This document shows positions 9,404-19,428 of a stretch of DNA of 64,000 nt, in pieces. The stretch is taken from assembly GCA_965203055.1 (NCBI GenBank), contig OZ241863.1, positions 1,184,001-1,248,000 on the forward strand, given 5' to 3'. Position 1 is the first letter of the stretch. The number at the start of each line of letters is the position of its first letter. The position numbers were made by a program, and so were the translations under genes. This DNA comes from Spirochaetia bacterium. GTDB taxonomy: Bacteria; Spirochaetota; Spirochaetia; SZUA-6; Bin103. The notes beneath the pieces are model-generated. The model did no database searches, had not been told where the DNA came from, and saw only the letters and a program-made list of their open reading frames with translations.

Positions 9404-10897
9404 GGGCGCATTCCAAAATGTAGGTAAGCATCGGGCCGCTTGGCGGCCAAGCCCAAGTCCCAGTGATCACCGCAGCGGCGCCCGCTGGCGCGGTCCACGT
9501 AGCGGCAGCGGCCGCGGTCGCGCCGCCACACCTCGCGCTTGACCGCCGCCGGGATGGCGCGGCCGGTCACGCCCGTCTTCGCTGCCGAAGTCCGGGGCCG
9601 CGGCGCGGCAGCCGGCTGCGCGCACGCCGCAGCCGGCCGGTCGAGGCGCCGCGTCTTCGCCGCCGAAGTGGCGTCGGTCGCCGGCTTCGCTGCCGAAGTG
9701 TCCGGGCGGTCAGCGGCTTCGTCTCCCGGCTCCGCCGGCGCCTGAGCCTGAGCCGATACCTTCGCCGCCGAAGGAGCGGCGCTGTCCGCGCCGCGAGCCG
9801 AGGCCGCCTGCGTCTTCGGCGCCGAAGTTTGCTCGGCTCCTTTGGCCGGCGCGGCGCGCCGCCCGCGTGGCGGCCGGGCCGGGTCGTGGCGGTCGAGCCC
9901 TTCCCGCACCAGCCGCCCCATGAGCTGCCCCATCGTAATGTGCGGATCGACGTGGGACAGGAGGCCCTTGAGCCGCTCCAGGCCGCGCCGGCACTCATCG
10001 TCGATCACCGCCTTGAGTTCCCAGCGCCCGCCGCCCAGGGGCCGCACCCGATCCGCCGGCGCCGCCAGCTCCGGGTCCACCTCGGCCAGCAACTGCATCA
10101 CCTGCCGGCTGCTCTTGCCGGACGCCTGCTCCACCAGCTCCCGCCGCGCCTCCGCGTCCAGTACCGGCGCCGGCTCCGGCGCCGGCTTCCGCTCCGCCGG
10201 CCGCGGCGGCCGCGGCGGCGGCGGCGAGCCCTCCTGCGACTGAGCGGCTGCCCCGAACCCGGCCCCGCTCGGCGCGCTGCGCGCCGCGCGTTCCTTCTTG
10301 CGCTCCTGCCGGTCGAACGCATGCTGCAACTGCGCGGCCGCATTCAGCGTCATCGTGCCATTCCGCAGGCGCTCGCGCACGCCGTCGACGTCAGCGCAGA
10401 GGCGCATCGCCTTGATGCGCCGCCACGCTGCGGCGTCGCTGTAACCCAGTTCGCGCACCGCGTAATCGAACAGGCTCGAGAACCCGCGGCGCAGATACAG
10501 GCGGCGCTTCTGGATCTCGCGCAGGTGGTCGATGACGACCACTTCGAGATGGTGTTCGATGCGGGAAAGTTCCTTGGTCCGCTCCAGCAAGCGGTCGTCT
10601 GAGAGGGCGGATACGGTAGTGGTTACGGCCTCGTCTGAAGCATGATTGTTCATGACATAAGTATAATCATGGAAACTACTTGAGTCAAGTTATCCGGCCC
10701 GGAATATGCCACCTGCGGGCGTGACTCGGCGGCGCATTTCCAAGCGGATAAGTTCCGTCAGATGCTACCGCCGAGAATGTCGCCGGCGTCGGGCGGCAGG
10801 GTTTCTTCTTACGGCCCCAGGCGGCCTCGTCGATCTCCTTACGCCTTTCCGGCGGCTTCGAGGGCGGGACCGGTACCAACAAATTGGAAGTGCGCCC
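9404..10897. mobile_element. Putative non-autonomous element bounded by ISKra4-like ends, carrying a truncated HNH-family gene
   Basis: 9404-9426 GGGCGCA-TTCCAAAATGTAGGTA matches IS end 35950-35973 (1 gap, 1 mismatch); 10874-10897 TACCAACAAATTGGAAGTGCGCCC matches IS end 37449-37472 (1 mismatch); no target duplication seen. Confidence 0.65.
9466..10653 (-). pseudogene. HNH endonuclease-family (DUF222-like N-terminus) gene truncated before the HNH core
   Basis: N-terminal 'HLREIQKRRLYLRRGFSSLFDYAVRELGYS', pre-HNH 'AIPAAVKREVWRRDRGRCRYVD...RRCG', then the frame runs into an IS end and on to a stop at 9262 with no HNH core. Confidence 0.7.
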
Positions 10898-10967
10898 GGC
10901 CCTCCATCTCCGTTGGCGCGGATGACCAGCTCATGCTATCGTCTGCCTGTTTGGAGGGATTGGCGCC

Positions 10968-11774
10968 ATGACCAGCTCCACGCTCGCTCCCGCCGCTATC
11001 GAGTACCCCACCGAGGACGGTGTCCCTCTGGCCGAATCCGATTACCAAGCCATCCCCCTCATGTACGCGGTCACCGGACTGCGCGACTTCTTCCGCCGCC
11101 GCCCCGACGTCTACGTGTCGGGCAACCTGCTGGTCTACTACGAGGAGGGCAACGTCGATGCGTCGGTAGCACCCGACGTGTTCGTGGTGTTCGGGGTGCC
11201 GAGCCACCGCCGGCCGATCTACAAGGTGTGGGAGGAGGGCAAGAGCCCCGACTTCGTAATGGAGATCACCTCGAATCACACCCGGGATGAGGACGAGGGG
11301 CCGAAGCGGGAGTTGTATGAGTCGCTGGGGGTGCGGGAGTACTGGCAATACGATCCGACGGGAGACTACCTGGAGCCGCCGTTGCGCTGCTTGAGTCTGG
11401 TGCGCGGGGAGTACGAGGAGTTGACGGAGACGCGGCTGGGGGACGGGTCGCTGGTGATGTACAGCGCGGTGCTGGGGCTGGAAGTGCGGGTCGAGGAAGG
11501 GGGGCTGCGCTTTCGCGACCCTGAGACGGGAGAGAGCATATCGACGTTCACCGAGCTACGACAGGGGCGGCAGCAGGCGCGGCAGCAGGCGGAGCTGGCG
11601 CGGCAGCAGGCGGAACAGGCGCAGCGCCAGGCGGAAGACGCGCGCCGGGCCGCGGAAGCGCGCCTGGAACGGGAAGTGGCGGCCCGGCAGGCCGCGGCGG
11701 CGCAGGTGGCGGAGCTGCAGGCATTGCTGGCGCGGCGGCCCGAGCCGGGCGCCGACTCCGGTCCGGGAGGGTAG
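10968..11774 (+). CDS. Uma2 family endonuclease with C-terminal coiled coil
   Basis: 'VAPDVFVVFG', 'PDFVMEITS', 'GVREYWQYDP'; GGAGG RBS. Confidence 0.92.
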   Translation: MTSSTLAPAAIEYPTEDGVPLAESDYQAIPLMYAVTGLRDFFRRRPDVYVSGNLLVYYEEGNVDASVAPDVFVVFGVPSHRRPIYKVWEEGKSPDFVMEITSNHTRDEDEGPKRELYESLGVREYWQYDPTGDYLEPPLRCLSLVRGEYEELTETRLGDGSLVMYSAVLGLEVRVEEGGLRFRDPETGESISTFTELRQGRQQARQQAELARQQAEQAQRQAEDARRAAEARLEREVAARQAAAAQVAELQALLARRPEPGADSGPGG

Positions 11775-11891
11775 CGCCGCCTGCGGCCCACCCGGCGCCC
11801 GGCGGCTGCCCGGAGACGCGCCGCGCGGGTGGGAGGGGGTGGGAGGTCAGGAGAAGTGACGACGGCACGGGCCGCCCGGTACATTGGGGTT

Positions 11892-14846
11892 GTGTCAATA
11901 CGTCATTGCTTCGCTCGTCGTCGTCCGGTCGCCGCGCTGGCCGCCGCGGCGTTCTCGCTGCTCCTGGGGCTTGCCGCTGCCCCCGCCGCGCCGGCCCTGC
12001 CCGAGGACCTGGCCCCCGGCGCTCCGTTGCCGTTCGACCCGGCGGTGCGGCGGGGAACGCTGAGCAACGGGCTGGTCTACTACGTGCGGCGCAACGTCGA
12101 GCCGCGCAACCGCGCCGAGCTGCGGCTGGCGGTACGCGCCGGATCGGTCCTGGAGCAGGAGCGGCAGCGCGGGTTCGCGCACTTCGTGGAGCACATGGCG
12201 TTCAACGGCACCGAGCGCTTCGCCAAGCACGAAATCATCGAATACCTGGAATCGCTCGGCAGCGGGTTCGGGCCCGACCTCAATGCCTACACCAGCTTCG
12301 ACGAAACCGTGTACCAGCTCGAACTCCCCACCGCTGACCCGGAGGCGCTGGAGACCGGGTTCCGCATTCTCGCCGACTGGGCCTACGCCATCGCCTTCGA
12401 TCCCGACGAGGTGGTGCAGGAGCGGGACGTGATCATGGAGGAGTGGCGCTCCGACCGCGGCGCTTCCGCCCGCATCTGGGACCGCCAGCTTCCGGTGCTG
12501 CTCGGCGATTCCCGCTACGCGGTGCGGCGCCCGATCGGCGAGCCGGAGGTGTTCACCGGCGCCACCGCGGAACGCCTGCGCGAGTTCGCCGACGCCTGGT
12601 ACCGCCCGGAGTTGATGGCGGTGGCCGCGGTGGGGGACTTCGACGAGGAGCGGATCGAGGCCGCCATTCGTCGCCACTTCGCCCCGCCGCCGCAGGGCGA
12701 GGCGGAGTACGCGCGGGCGCGGCGCTCCGAGCCGCCCGTCGACCGCCCGCAATTCCCGATACCCGACCACCGTGAGGCGCGGGTAAGCGTGGTGACCGAC
12801 CCGGAAGCGAGCGCCGCCTCGTTCACCCTGTACCGCAAGCTGCCCGCGGAAGCCGGCCAGGACGTGGCGGCCTACCGGCGGCTGGTGGTTGACGGTCTGT
12901 ACGGCGAAATGATCAACCAGCGCCTGTTCGAGCGCCGCCAGGTGGCGGATCCTCCCTACCTCAGCGCCAGCTCCGGGCGCGGCAACCTGGTGGGGGCCAG
13001 CGCGGTGCTGGTCGCCCGGGCGCGGGTGGACGAGGCGGGCGTGGCGCGCGGGCTGGACGTGGTGTTGGAGGAGCTGCGGCGGGCGCAGGCGCACGGTTTC
13101 ACCTCCACCGAGCTGGCGCGGGCCAAGGCCAACCAGTTGCGCAACATCGAGAGCGCCTATCAGGAGCGCGACCAGCGCCCGTCGGCGCGGCTGGCGGCCG
13201 AGTACCTGCGTCACTTCCTGGAGCAGGAGCCGGTGCCCGGCCTGGAGGTCGAGTACGAGCTGTACCAGCGGTTGCTGCCGGAGATCGATACCGCGGCGGT
13301 GGACGCGGTGGCCGACCTGTGGGCGGAGCCGGGCAACGTCGTGCTGCTGGTATCGGGACCGGCGGGTATCAGCGCCGCGGCCGCCGAAGCCGCCGGCGTC
13401 GACCCGCAGGACACCGAGGCTGCCAATGCCGCGCTGGCGGCGGCGTTGCGCGCGCAACTGGCCGCCGCGGTCACCCGCGCGGTCGAACCCTACGAGGACC
13501 TGACCGGAGACGCGCCGCTGCTGGCGCGCGCGCCGCAGCCGGGCGCCATCGTCGGGGAGCGCCGGCTGGAGGAGATCGACGCGCTGGAGTGGACCCTGTC
13601 CAACGGCGTCACGGTGATCGCCAGGCAGACCGACTTCCGCAACGACGAGGTGCTGATGGCCGCCACCAGCCCGGGCGGCGACTCGCTGGCAGCCAATGAG
13701 GACTACCTCGCGGCGTTCACCGCGGCCATGATCGCCACCGGCAGCGGCGCCGGCGCGCACGACCAGGTCGCGCTGGACAAGCTGCTCACCGGCAAGAACG
13801 TGTCGTTGTCGCCCACCATCGGCGAACTGTTCGAGGGATTGAACGGCCAGGCCTCGCCGCGCGACCTGGAGACGCTGTTCCAGCTCGTCACGCTGTACGC
13901 CACCGCGCCGCGCTTCGATCCGACCTACTTCGCGTCATTCCGGTCGCGGCTGCAAAGCCAGGTCGAAAATCGCGACGCGGCGCCGCAGGCGGTGTTCCGG
14001 GACCGGCTGCGCAGCGTCCTGGCGCAGGATCACTTCCGCGCGCGGCCTCTGACCCTGGAGATGCTGGAGGAGTTGAGTCTGGAGCGCTCGCGCTCCTTCT
14101 ACGAGGACCGCTTCGCCGACTTCGGCGACTTCACCTTCATCTTCACCGGCGCCTTCGACTGGGAGGAACTGCGGGAGCTGAGCGCGGCCTATCTCGCCGC
14201 GCTGCCGGCCGCGGGCCGGCAGGAACAGTGGCGCGACGTCGGCATCGACCCGCCGCCGGGGGTGGTGGACGAGACCGTGCGCCGCGGCCTGGAGCCGCTC
14301 AGCACTACCTACCTGATATTTGCCGGCGACATGGAGTGGAGCCGTCGCGAAGCGCTTACCCTCGTGCTGCTGGGCGACATCCTGCAGATCCGCCTGCGCG
14401 AGTCGATCCGGGAGGAGCTCGGCGGCACCTACAGCTACGGCGCCGGCGGCAGCGGGCAGGCGCTGCCCGACCAGGAATACGAGGTGTGGGTCGCCTTCGA
14501 CAGCGACCCGGCGCGCGCCGACGAGCTGTTGGCCGCGGTGTTCGCCGAAGTGGAGTGGCTGCAGGCCGGCGCCGAGCAAAGCTACCTGGACAAGGCGAAG
14601 GAACTGCTGCGTTCCGGCCGGGAGGAGCGGCTGCGCACCAACCACTTCTGGCTCAACCAGATCCGCGCCGCGGTGGAAACCGGCGAGTCGTTCGCCGTGA
14701 TCGGCCGCTTCGAGCAGCGCCTGGACGCCGTGACGCTGGACGACATTGCCGCCGCGGCGCGCCGTTACCTCCGCTCCGACCGCTACGTCCGCGTCATCCT
14801 GCTGCCGGAAGAAGAACCGCCGGAGTCGGCAACGCCGGCGCCCTGA
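11892..14846 (+). CDS. M16 family zinc protease (PqqL-like), secreted
   Basis: Inverted zinc motif 'AHFVEHMAFNGT', 'NAYTSFDETVY', two-lobed insulinase architecture, signal peptide; GTG start chosen from -10 position. Confidence 0.92.
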   Translation: MSIRHCFARRRPVAALAAAAFSLLLGLAAAPAAPALPEDLAPGAPLPFDPAVRRGTLSNGLVYYVRRNVEPRNRAELRLAVRAGSVLEQERQRGFAHFVEHMAFNGTERFAKHEIIEYLESLGSGFGPDLNAYTSFDETVYQLELPTADPEALETGFRILADWAYAIAFDPDEVVQERDVIMEEWRSDRGASARIWDRQLPVLLGDSRYAVRRPIGEPEVFTGATAERLREFADAWYRPELMAVAAVGDFDEERIEAAIRRHFAPPPQGEAEYARARRSEPPVDRPQFPIPDHREARVSVVTDPEASAASFTLYRKLPAEAGQDVAAYRRLVVDGLYGEMINQRLFERRQVADPPYLSASSGRGNLVGASAVLVARARVDEAGVARGLDVVLEELRRAQAHGFTSTELARAKANQLRNIESAYQERDQRPSARLAAEYLRHFLEQEPVPGLEVEYELYQRLLPEIDTAAVDAVADLWAEPGNVVLLVSGPAGISAAAAEAAGVDPQDTEAANAALAAALRAQLAAAVTRAVEPYEDLTGDAPLLARAPQPGAIVGERRLEEIDALEWTLSNGVTVIARQTDFRNDEVLMAATSPGGDSLAANEDYLAAFTAAMIATGSGAGAHDQVALDKLLTGKNVSLSPTIGELFEGLNGQASPRDLETLFQLVTLYATAPRFDPTYFASFRSRLQSQVENRDAAPQAVFRDRLRSVLAQDHFRARPLTLEMLEELSLERSRSFYEDRFADFGDFTFIFTGAFDWEELRELSAAYLAALPAAGRQEQWRDVGIDPPPGVVDETVRRGLEPLSTTYLIFAGDMEWSRREALTLVLLGDILQIRLRESIREELGGTYSYGAGGSGQALPDQEYEVWVAFDSDPARADELLAAVFAEVEWLQAGAEQSYLDKAKELLRSGREERLRTNHFWLNQIRAAVETGESFAVIGRFEQRLDAVTLDDIAAAARRYLRSDRYVRVILLPEEEPPESATPAP

Positions 14847-14916
14847 ATGCCCTGATAGGGGCGCCGCGGGGCCGGCGGCCGGTTCCCGCGCCGGGCCCGC
14901 GGGCTGACTGACTAAC

Positions 14917-16029
14917 CTAAGCGCCGGCCGGCGCGGCCGGCAGGAAGGAGCGGAACCGCTCGAGGCGGTGGAAGGTGACGTAGTTGGCGTCGTGGGCGCG
15001 ATGGGCGCCGCCGAGGCCGTCGGCGTAGGCGGTGCGTGACAGGAACACGAGGTCGTCGCCGTCGATGATCCAGTCCACGTACTGAAACGCGTGCGCGATC
15101 GGATCCGGGTGGAACAGCACTTCGTGGACGACGGACCAGCGGCGCAGGTCGCGCGACGCCGACAGCGCGAGCCGATTGCGGTACCGGTCTGGCCGATCCT
15201 GCGGGTTGACCAGCGCCAGGTAGCAGCCGCTGACCGGGTCGCGGTTGATGGTGAACTTGGTGTTGGCGCCGGGGAACGTGATCCGGTCGGCGGCGGGAGA
15301 ATGGGTGAGCGCGGCGCCGTCCGCGGCAACGCGCGCCACCACCGCCTGCTCGGGGGCGCGGCGGGCGAAGCGGCCGGCGTCCTGATCCTGGCGCAGCACG
15401 TTCCACAGTTCGCCGTCCGGCGCCACCACCACGTTGCCCTCGATCCACTGGCAGCGCGACCAGCGGTGCGCGAGGCGTTCGCCGAAGGTCCAGTTGGCGC
15501 GCTGCAGCAGGTCGGCGTCCGCCGGCGCCGAGATCACGAACGCCTCCCAGGTCTTGCGGTCGGGAGACGGAGCGTATTCCATCGCCTTCCAGATCCGGCC
15601 GCGATGCTCCACGACCGCTACGGCCGCGGTGTGGTAGCCGTCTTCATCGCTGAGCAGGCCGCCGGCGGCGTCGCGCGCCTCGCTCCAGGTGGCGCCGCCG
15701 TCGGTCGAGCGCCGAATCACCATCCGTCCGTTGAGCCGGCCGCCGTAGCGGTCGCAGTGATCGGTGCCAATCAGGTAGAGCGCGCCGCGGTGGAGAAACA
15801 GCTTGGACCAGATCTGCCCGCGCACCACGGCGATGCGATGCCACGAGCGCCCCTGATCGGTCGAGCGGTAGAGGAAGCTGTCGGTGTTGGCGGCGGCCGG
15901 CCCGAACAACGAGTGGCTCGCCACGTAGTGGCCGTTTGGCAGGCGGGCCAGTGACGGGCAGCCATTGTACTGGCGGAGGGCGGCCGGAGTGTGGTTCACC
16001 ACCACGCCCGGCACGGTAAGCGGCATCAC
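14917..16029 (-). CDS. Sialidase/BNR-repeat glycoside hydrolase-like protein
   Basis: Asp-box repeats 'RSTDQGRSW', 'RSTDGGATW', 'ASRDLRRW'; 'FQYVDW'. Confidence 0.82.
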   Translation of the reverse strand: MMPLTVPGVVVNHTPAALRQYNGCPSLARLPNGHYVASHSLFGPAAANTDSFLYRSTDQGRSWHRIAVVRGQIWSKLFLHRGALYLIGTDHCDRYGGRLNGRMVIRRSTDGGATWSEARDAAGGLLSDEDGYHTAAVAVVEHRGRIWKAMEYAPSPDRKTWEAFVISAPADADLLQRANWTFGERLAHRWSRCQWIEGNVVVAPDGELWNVLRQDQDAGRFARRAPEQAVVARVAADGAALTHSPAADRITFPGANTKFTINRDPVSGCYLALVNPQDRPDRYRNRLALSASRDLRRWSVVHEVLFHPDPIAHAFQYVDWIIDGDDLVFLSRTAYADGLGGAHRAHDANYVTFHRLERFRSFLPAAPAGA

Positions 16030-16140
16030 GGCTCCCAGTGTAGCATCGCGCGGCGCGCCCGCGCCACGCCGTCGGCGCGCCATCGCCGGTCCCAACGGCG
16101 GGCGGTGGCGGCCGGCGCCGCGGCCGGTTACATTGGCGCC

Positions 16141-17499
16141 GTGAACGTTGACCTGCGACAACTGGCGCAACGGTGGGCGGCGCGCGACCTGGACAGTGTA
16201 CTGGCACGGCGGGTGCGGGCGCTGAACGCCGGGTCGGCCACCGACTGGGGCCTCTCCGCGCGCCAACCCGACCCCGCGCTGCCGCCAATCTCCCTGGCCG
16301 GCGGCATTCCCGACGACGCCACCCTGCCGCGCGCCGGGCTGCTGGCGGCAATGGCGCGCGCGCTGGGCCTGAGCCAAGCCTCCTGCTGCGGCCCCGAGAC
16401 CGCGCCCGGCGCGGCCGCGGCGGCCGACTGCTGCGCTCCGGGCGCGGCCCCCGGGCCGGACCGCGGTGCGCAGCAGGGAGCTGCCGCGCTCTCCTACGGC
16501 GGCGCGCAAGGCTATGAACCGCTCCGCGAACAGGCGGCGCGGTACTTCGCCCGCGACCAGAGCCCGGCGATCGACGCCGAGCACTTCGTGCTTACCAACG
16601 GCGCGGCCGGCGCGATCGACCTGGCCTGCTCGGCGCTGCTCGACCCGGGCGACGTGGTCGTCACCGAGGTGCCGGCCTTCTCCGGCTCGCTGCGGACCAT
16701 TCGCGGCCACGGCGCGCGGTTGGTCGGGGTGACCATGGACGCCGGCGGCATGCGCGTCGACCAGCTCGACGCCACCCTGCAGCGGCTTGCCGCCGCCGGC
16801 ACGCCGGCCAAGCTGATCTACGTATCGCCTACCTTCCACAACCCCACCGGGATCACCATGCCGCTCGCGCGCCGCCATGAGCTGCTGCAGGTGGCGGCGC
16901 GGCGCGGGGTCCTGATCCTGGAGGACACCGCCTACAACGAGCTCTACTTCGGCACCCAGTTGGTTCCCACCCTGGCGGCGCTGGCGCAGGGCCACTTCGT
17001 GTTGACTGCCGGCACTTTCTCCAAGGTGATCGCGCCCGGCCTGCGGGTCGGCTGGCTGCAGGCGCGGCCGGAATTGCTGCGCCGCTTGCTGCCGGCGCGC
17101 TTCGACATGGGCAACAGCCCGCTGCAGCACCGCATGCTGCACGAGTTCATGGTCTCCGGTGAGCTGGCCGGGCACCTGGCGGGCATGCGCGTGCTCTACC
17201 GGAGCAAGATGCAGGCGCTGGCCGGCGCGCTGCGCGACGCGTGCGGCGACGCGCTGCAGTTCACCGAACCGGAAGGCGGATTCTTTCTCTGGCTGCGGTT
17301 GGCGGCCCCGCTGCGGGCGCAGGAGGTGCAGGAACGGGCGCTGGCGCGCGGCGTGGTATTTCCCGTCGGGCGCGGATTCTTCCCCGCGGAGGGACCGCGC
17401 CCGCCCGGCGAGTACCTGCGGCTGGCGTACTCGCGGGCCGGGGCGGCCGACTTGCGCGCCGCCGCCGAACGGCTCGCGGACTGCTTGCAGGGCGGCTGA
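16141..17499 (+). CDS. PLP-dependent aminotransferase class I/II (LysN/MocR-like)
   Basis: 'PTFHNPTG', 'ILEDTAY', 'GTFSKVIAPGLRVGW', 'GGFFLW', 'LRLAYS'. Confidence 0.92.
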   Translation: MNVDLRQLAQRWAARDLDSVLARRVRALNAGSATDWGLSARQPDPALPPISLAGGIPDDATLPRAGLLAAMARALGLSQASCCGPETAPGAAAAADCCAPGAAPGPDRGAQQGAAALSYGGAQGYEPLREQAARYFARDQSPAIDAEHFVLTNGAAGAIDLACSALLDPGDVVVTEVPAFSGSLRTIRGHGARLVGVTMDAGGMRVDQLDATLQRLAAAGTPAKLIYVSPTFHNPTGITMPLARRHELLQVAARRGVLILEDTAYNELYFGTQLVPTLAALAQGHFVLTAGTFSKVIAPGLRVGWLQARPELLRRLLPARFDMGNSPLQHRMLHEFMVSGELAGHLAGMRVLYRSKMQALAGALRDACGDALQFTEPEGGFFLWLRLAAPLRAQEVQERALARGVVFPVGRGFFPAEGPRPPGEYLRLAYSRAGAADLRAAAERLADCLQGG

Positions 17500-17572
17500 A
17501 CTGCGGCGGGTTGCCGGCGCCTGCGGCTGGTGAGTCGCCTGCCGCGGCGCTCGCGCGCGGACTCCGGGCGCG

Positions 17573-18994
17573 TCAATCCAACGGCGGGCGGCGCTCGGCC
17601 CACGGACAGGCCGCCTCGAACGCCGCCGCGGCCGCCAGCACCGCGAGGTCAGCGCGGCGGCGGCCGACGATCTGCAGGCCCACCGGGAGGCCGGCGGCGG
17701 TGAACCCGCATGGCACGGTGGCCGCCGGCTGGCCGGTCACGTTGAACGGGTAGGTAAACGGCGTCCAACTGAGGCCGGCGTCCAACGGCGCGGCGCCGAT
17801 CCGCGGCGGGCGGTCGAGGCCGGCAGGGAACGCCGGCAGCGGCATGGCCGGCGTGAGCAGCAGCTCGTAGCGCTCCATGAAGACGCGCATGCGGTGGTAG
17901 TAGTCGAGGCGCGCGCGCACCGCCGCGGCAAGCTGCAGGCCGCTCACGGCGCGCGCGCGGTCGATCATCTGCGCCAGACCCGGATCAAGTTGTTCGCGCA
18001 CCGCGGAGAACCGGTCGCCGACCGCGGCGCCCATGCCGGCGCCCCAGATGACGTTGATCGACTCCCACGGGTCAGCGCCCGGCGGCGGCGCGGCTTCCTC
18101 CACCTCGTAGCCCAGCTCCGCGAAGCGCCGCGCCGCGGCGGCGGTCAGCTCCGCCACCTCCGGATCGACCACCGCGGATCCCAGGTCCGGCGACCACGCC
18201 ACCCGGGTCCCGGCGCCGCCGCCCTCCGGCAGCGTCCGCAGCTCGGCCAGATAGTCGCGCCGCGGCGACCAGGAGTGGGGGTCGCGCTCGTCGCGGCCGG
18301 CCATCACGCCGAGCATCAGCGCGGCGTCGCGCACGGTGCGGGTCATCGGCCCGGCGTGCGACAACAGCTCCACCCCGCTGGCCGGGTACTGCGGCACCAG
18401 CCCGAACGACGGCTTGAGTCCGAACACGCCGCAGAAGCAGCAGGGGATGCGGATCGAACCGGCGCCGTCGCTGCCCTGGGCCAGCGGGCCGAGGCCGGCC
18501 GCCACCGCGGCCGCGCCGCCGCCGGAGGAGCCGCCCGGGGTGAGGCCGCGGCGCCACGGGTTGTGGCTGGTCCCGGCCACGCGGTTGCTGGTTTCGCCCT
18601 TCCAGCCGAACTCCGGGGTGTTGCTCTTGCCGAGCAGTACCGCGCCCGCGGCCAGCAGCCGCTCCACCAGCGGGGCGTCGTAGTCGGGCACCCAGTCGCG
18701 CGTCAACAGCGACCCCATGGTGGTGCGGATCCCCTTGGTGGGCACCAGGTCCTTGATGGACAGCGGGATGCCGGCCAACGGCCCGGCACTGCCGTCGCGG
18801 TAGGCGGCCTCCGCGGCGCGCGCCTGCTCCTCGGCCTGCGCGCGGGTGACCGTGACGAATGCGTTCAGGCGCGGCTGCAGCCGCTCGGCGCGCTCCAGCG
18901 CCGCGGCCGTCACCTCGCGCGGCGACAGTTCGCGGCGCCGGTAGCGGGCGCGCAACTCCACCGCGGACAGGTAGCAGAGATCGGCGGCGCTCAC
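17573..18994 (-). CDS. Amidase signature family protein
   Basis: 'GIPLSIKDL', 'GGSSGG', 'GSDGAGSIRIP'; GTG start overlapping cupin stop. Confidence 0.93.
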   Translation of the reverse strand: MSAADLCYLSAVELRARYRRRELSPREVTAAALERAERLQPRLNAFVTVTRAQAEEQARAAEAAYRDGSAGPLAGIPLSIKDLVPTKGIRTTMGSLLTRDWVPDYDAPLVERLLAAGAVLLGKSNTPEFGWKGETSNRVAGTSHNPWRRGLTPGGSSGGGAAAVAAGLGPLAQGSDGAGSIRIPCCFCGVFGLKPSFGLVPQYPASGVELLSHAGPMTRTVRDAALMLGVMAGRDERDPHSWSPRRDYLAELRTLPEGGGAGTRVAWSPDLGSAVVDPEVAELTAAAARRFAELGYEVEEAAPPPGADPWESINVIWGAGMGAAVGDRFSAVREQLDPGLAQMIDRARAVSGLQLAAAVRARLDYYHRMRVFMERYELLLTPAMPLPAFPAGLDRPPRIGAAPLDAGLSWTPFTYPFNVTGQPAATVPCGFTAAGLPVGLQIVGRRRADLAVLAAAAAFEAACPWAERRPPLD

Positions 18995-19383
18995 GAGCCG
19001 TCGACCGAGTCGTCGACCAGGGTGATGCAGTCCTCGCGATTGGGGACGATGCACAGAAACTCGAACGGCGCCTCGGTCACCTCGTAGGAGTGCGGCGCCT
19101 CGGCGGGGATGTACAACGCGCTGCCGGCCTGCACTTCGTGCACGGTCGTCCCGATGGTGACGCGGGCCGCGCCGGCGAGCACGAACTGCTCGTGCTCCAC
19201 GGCGTTGGTGTGGCGCGGCATGCCGCCGCCCGCGCCCATCACGAAGCGGCGCAGCGCGAAGTTGGGCGCGCCGTCGCCGGGACCGATCAGGACCTGCGTC
19301 TCGGTGGCGGTGCCCGCGGCCACCGGCTGAAGGGGAACGGCGCCGGCGCGCTTGCTGACGCCGGCCTGCTCAGTGCTCTGCAT
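18991..19383 (-). CDS. Cupin domain protein
   Basis: 'PRHTNAVEHEQFVLAG', 'YIPAEAPHSY'. Confidence 0.9.
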   Translation of the reverse strand: MQSTEQAGVSKRAGAVPLQPVAAGTATETQVLIGPGDGAPNFALRRFVMGAGGGMPRHTNAVEHEQFVLAGAARVTIGTTVHEVQAGSALYIPAEAPHSYEVTEAPFEFLCIVPNREDCITLVDDSVDGS

Positions 19384-19428
19384 GATGCCCGCCAGAGTAG
19401 CACACGCCGCGCCGCCCGGGCCGGGCGG

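Noticed and set aside
10670..10870. Guide-like or HEARO-type RNA associated with the HNH gene
   Set aside because: Only weak GC-rich hairpins were seen, nothing I can match to a known RNA family, and the nuclease core is missing
14917..17175. 752-aa ORF in the track
   Set aside because: The upstream half is antisense to the aminotransferase; only 14917-16029 is sialidase-like
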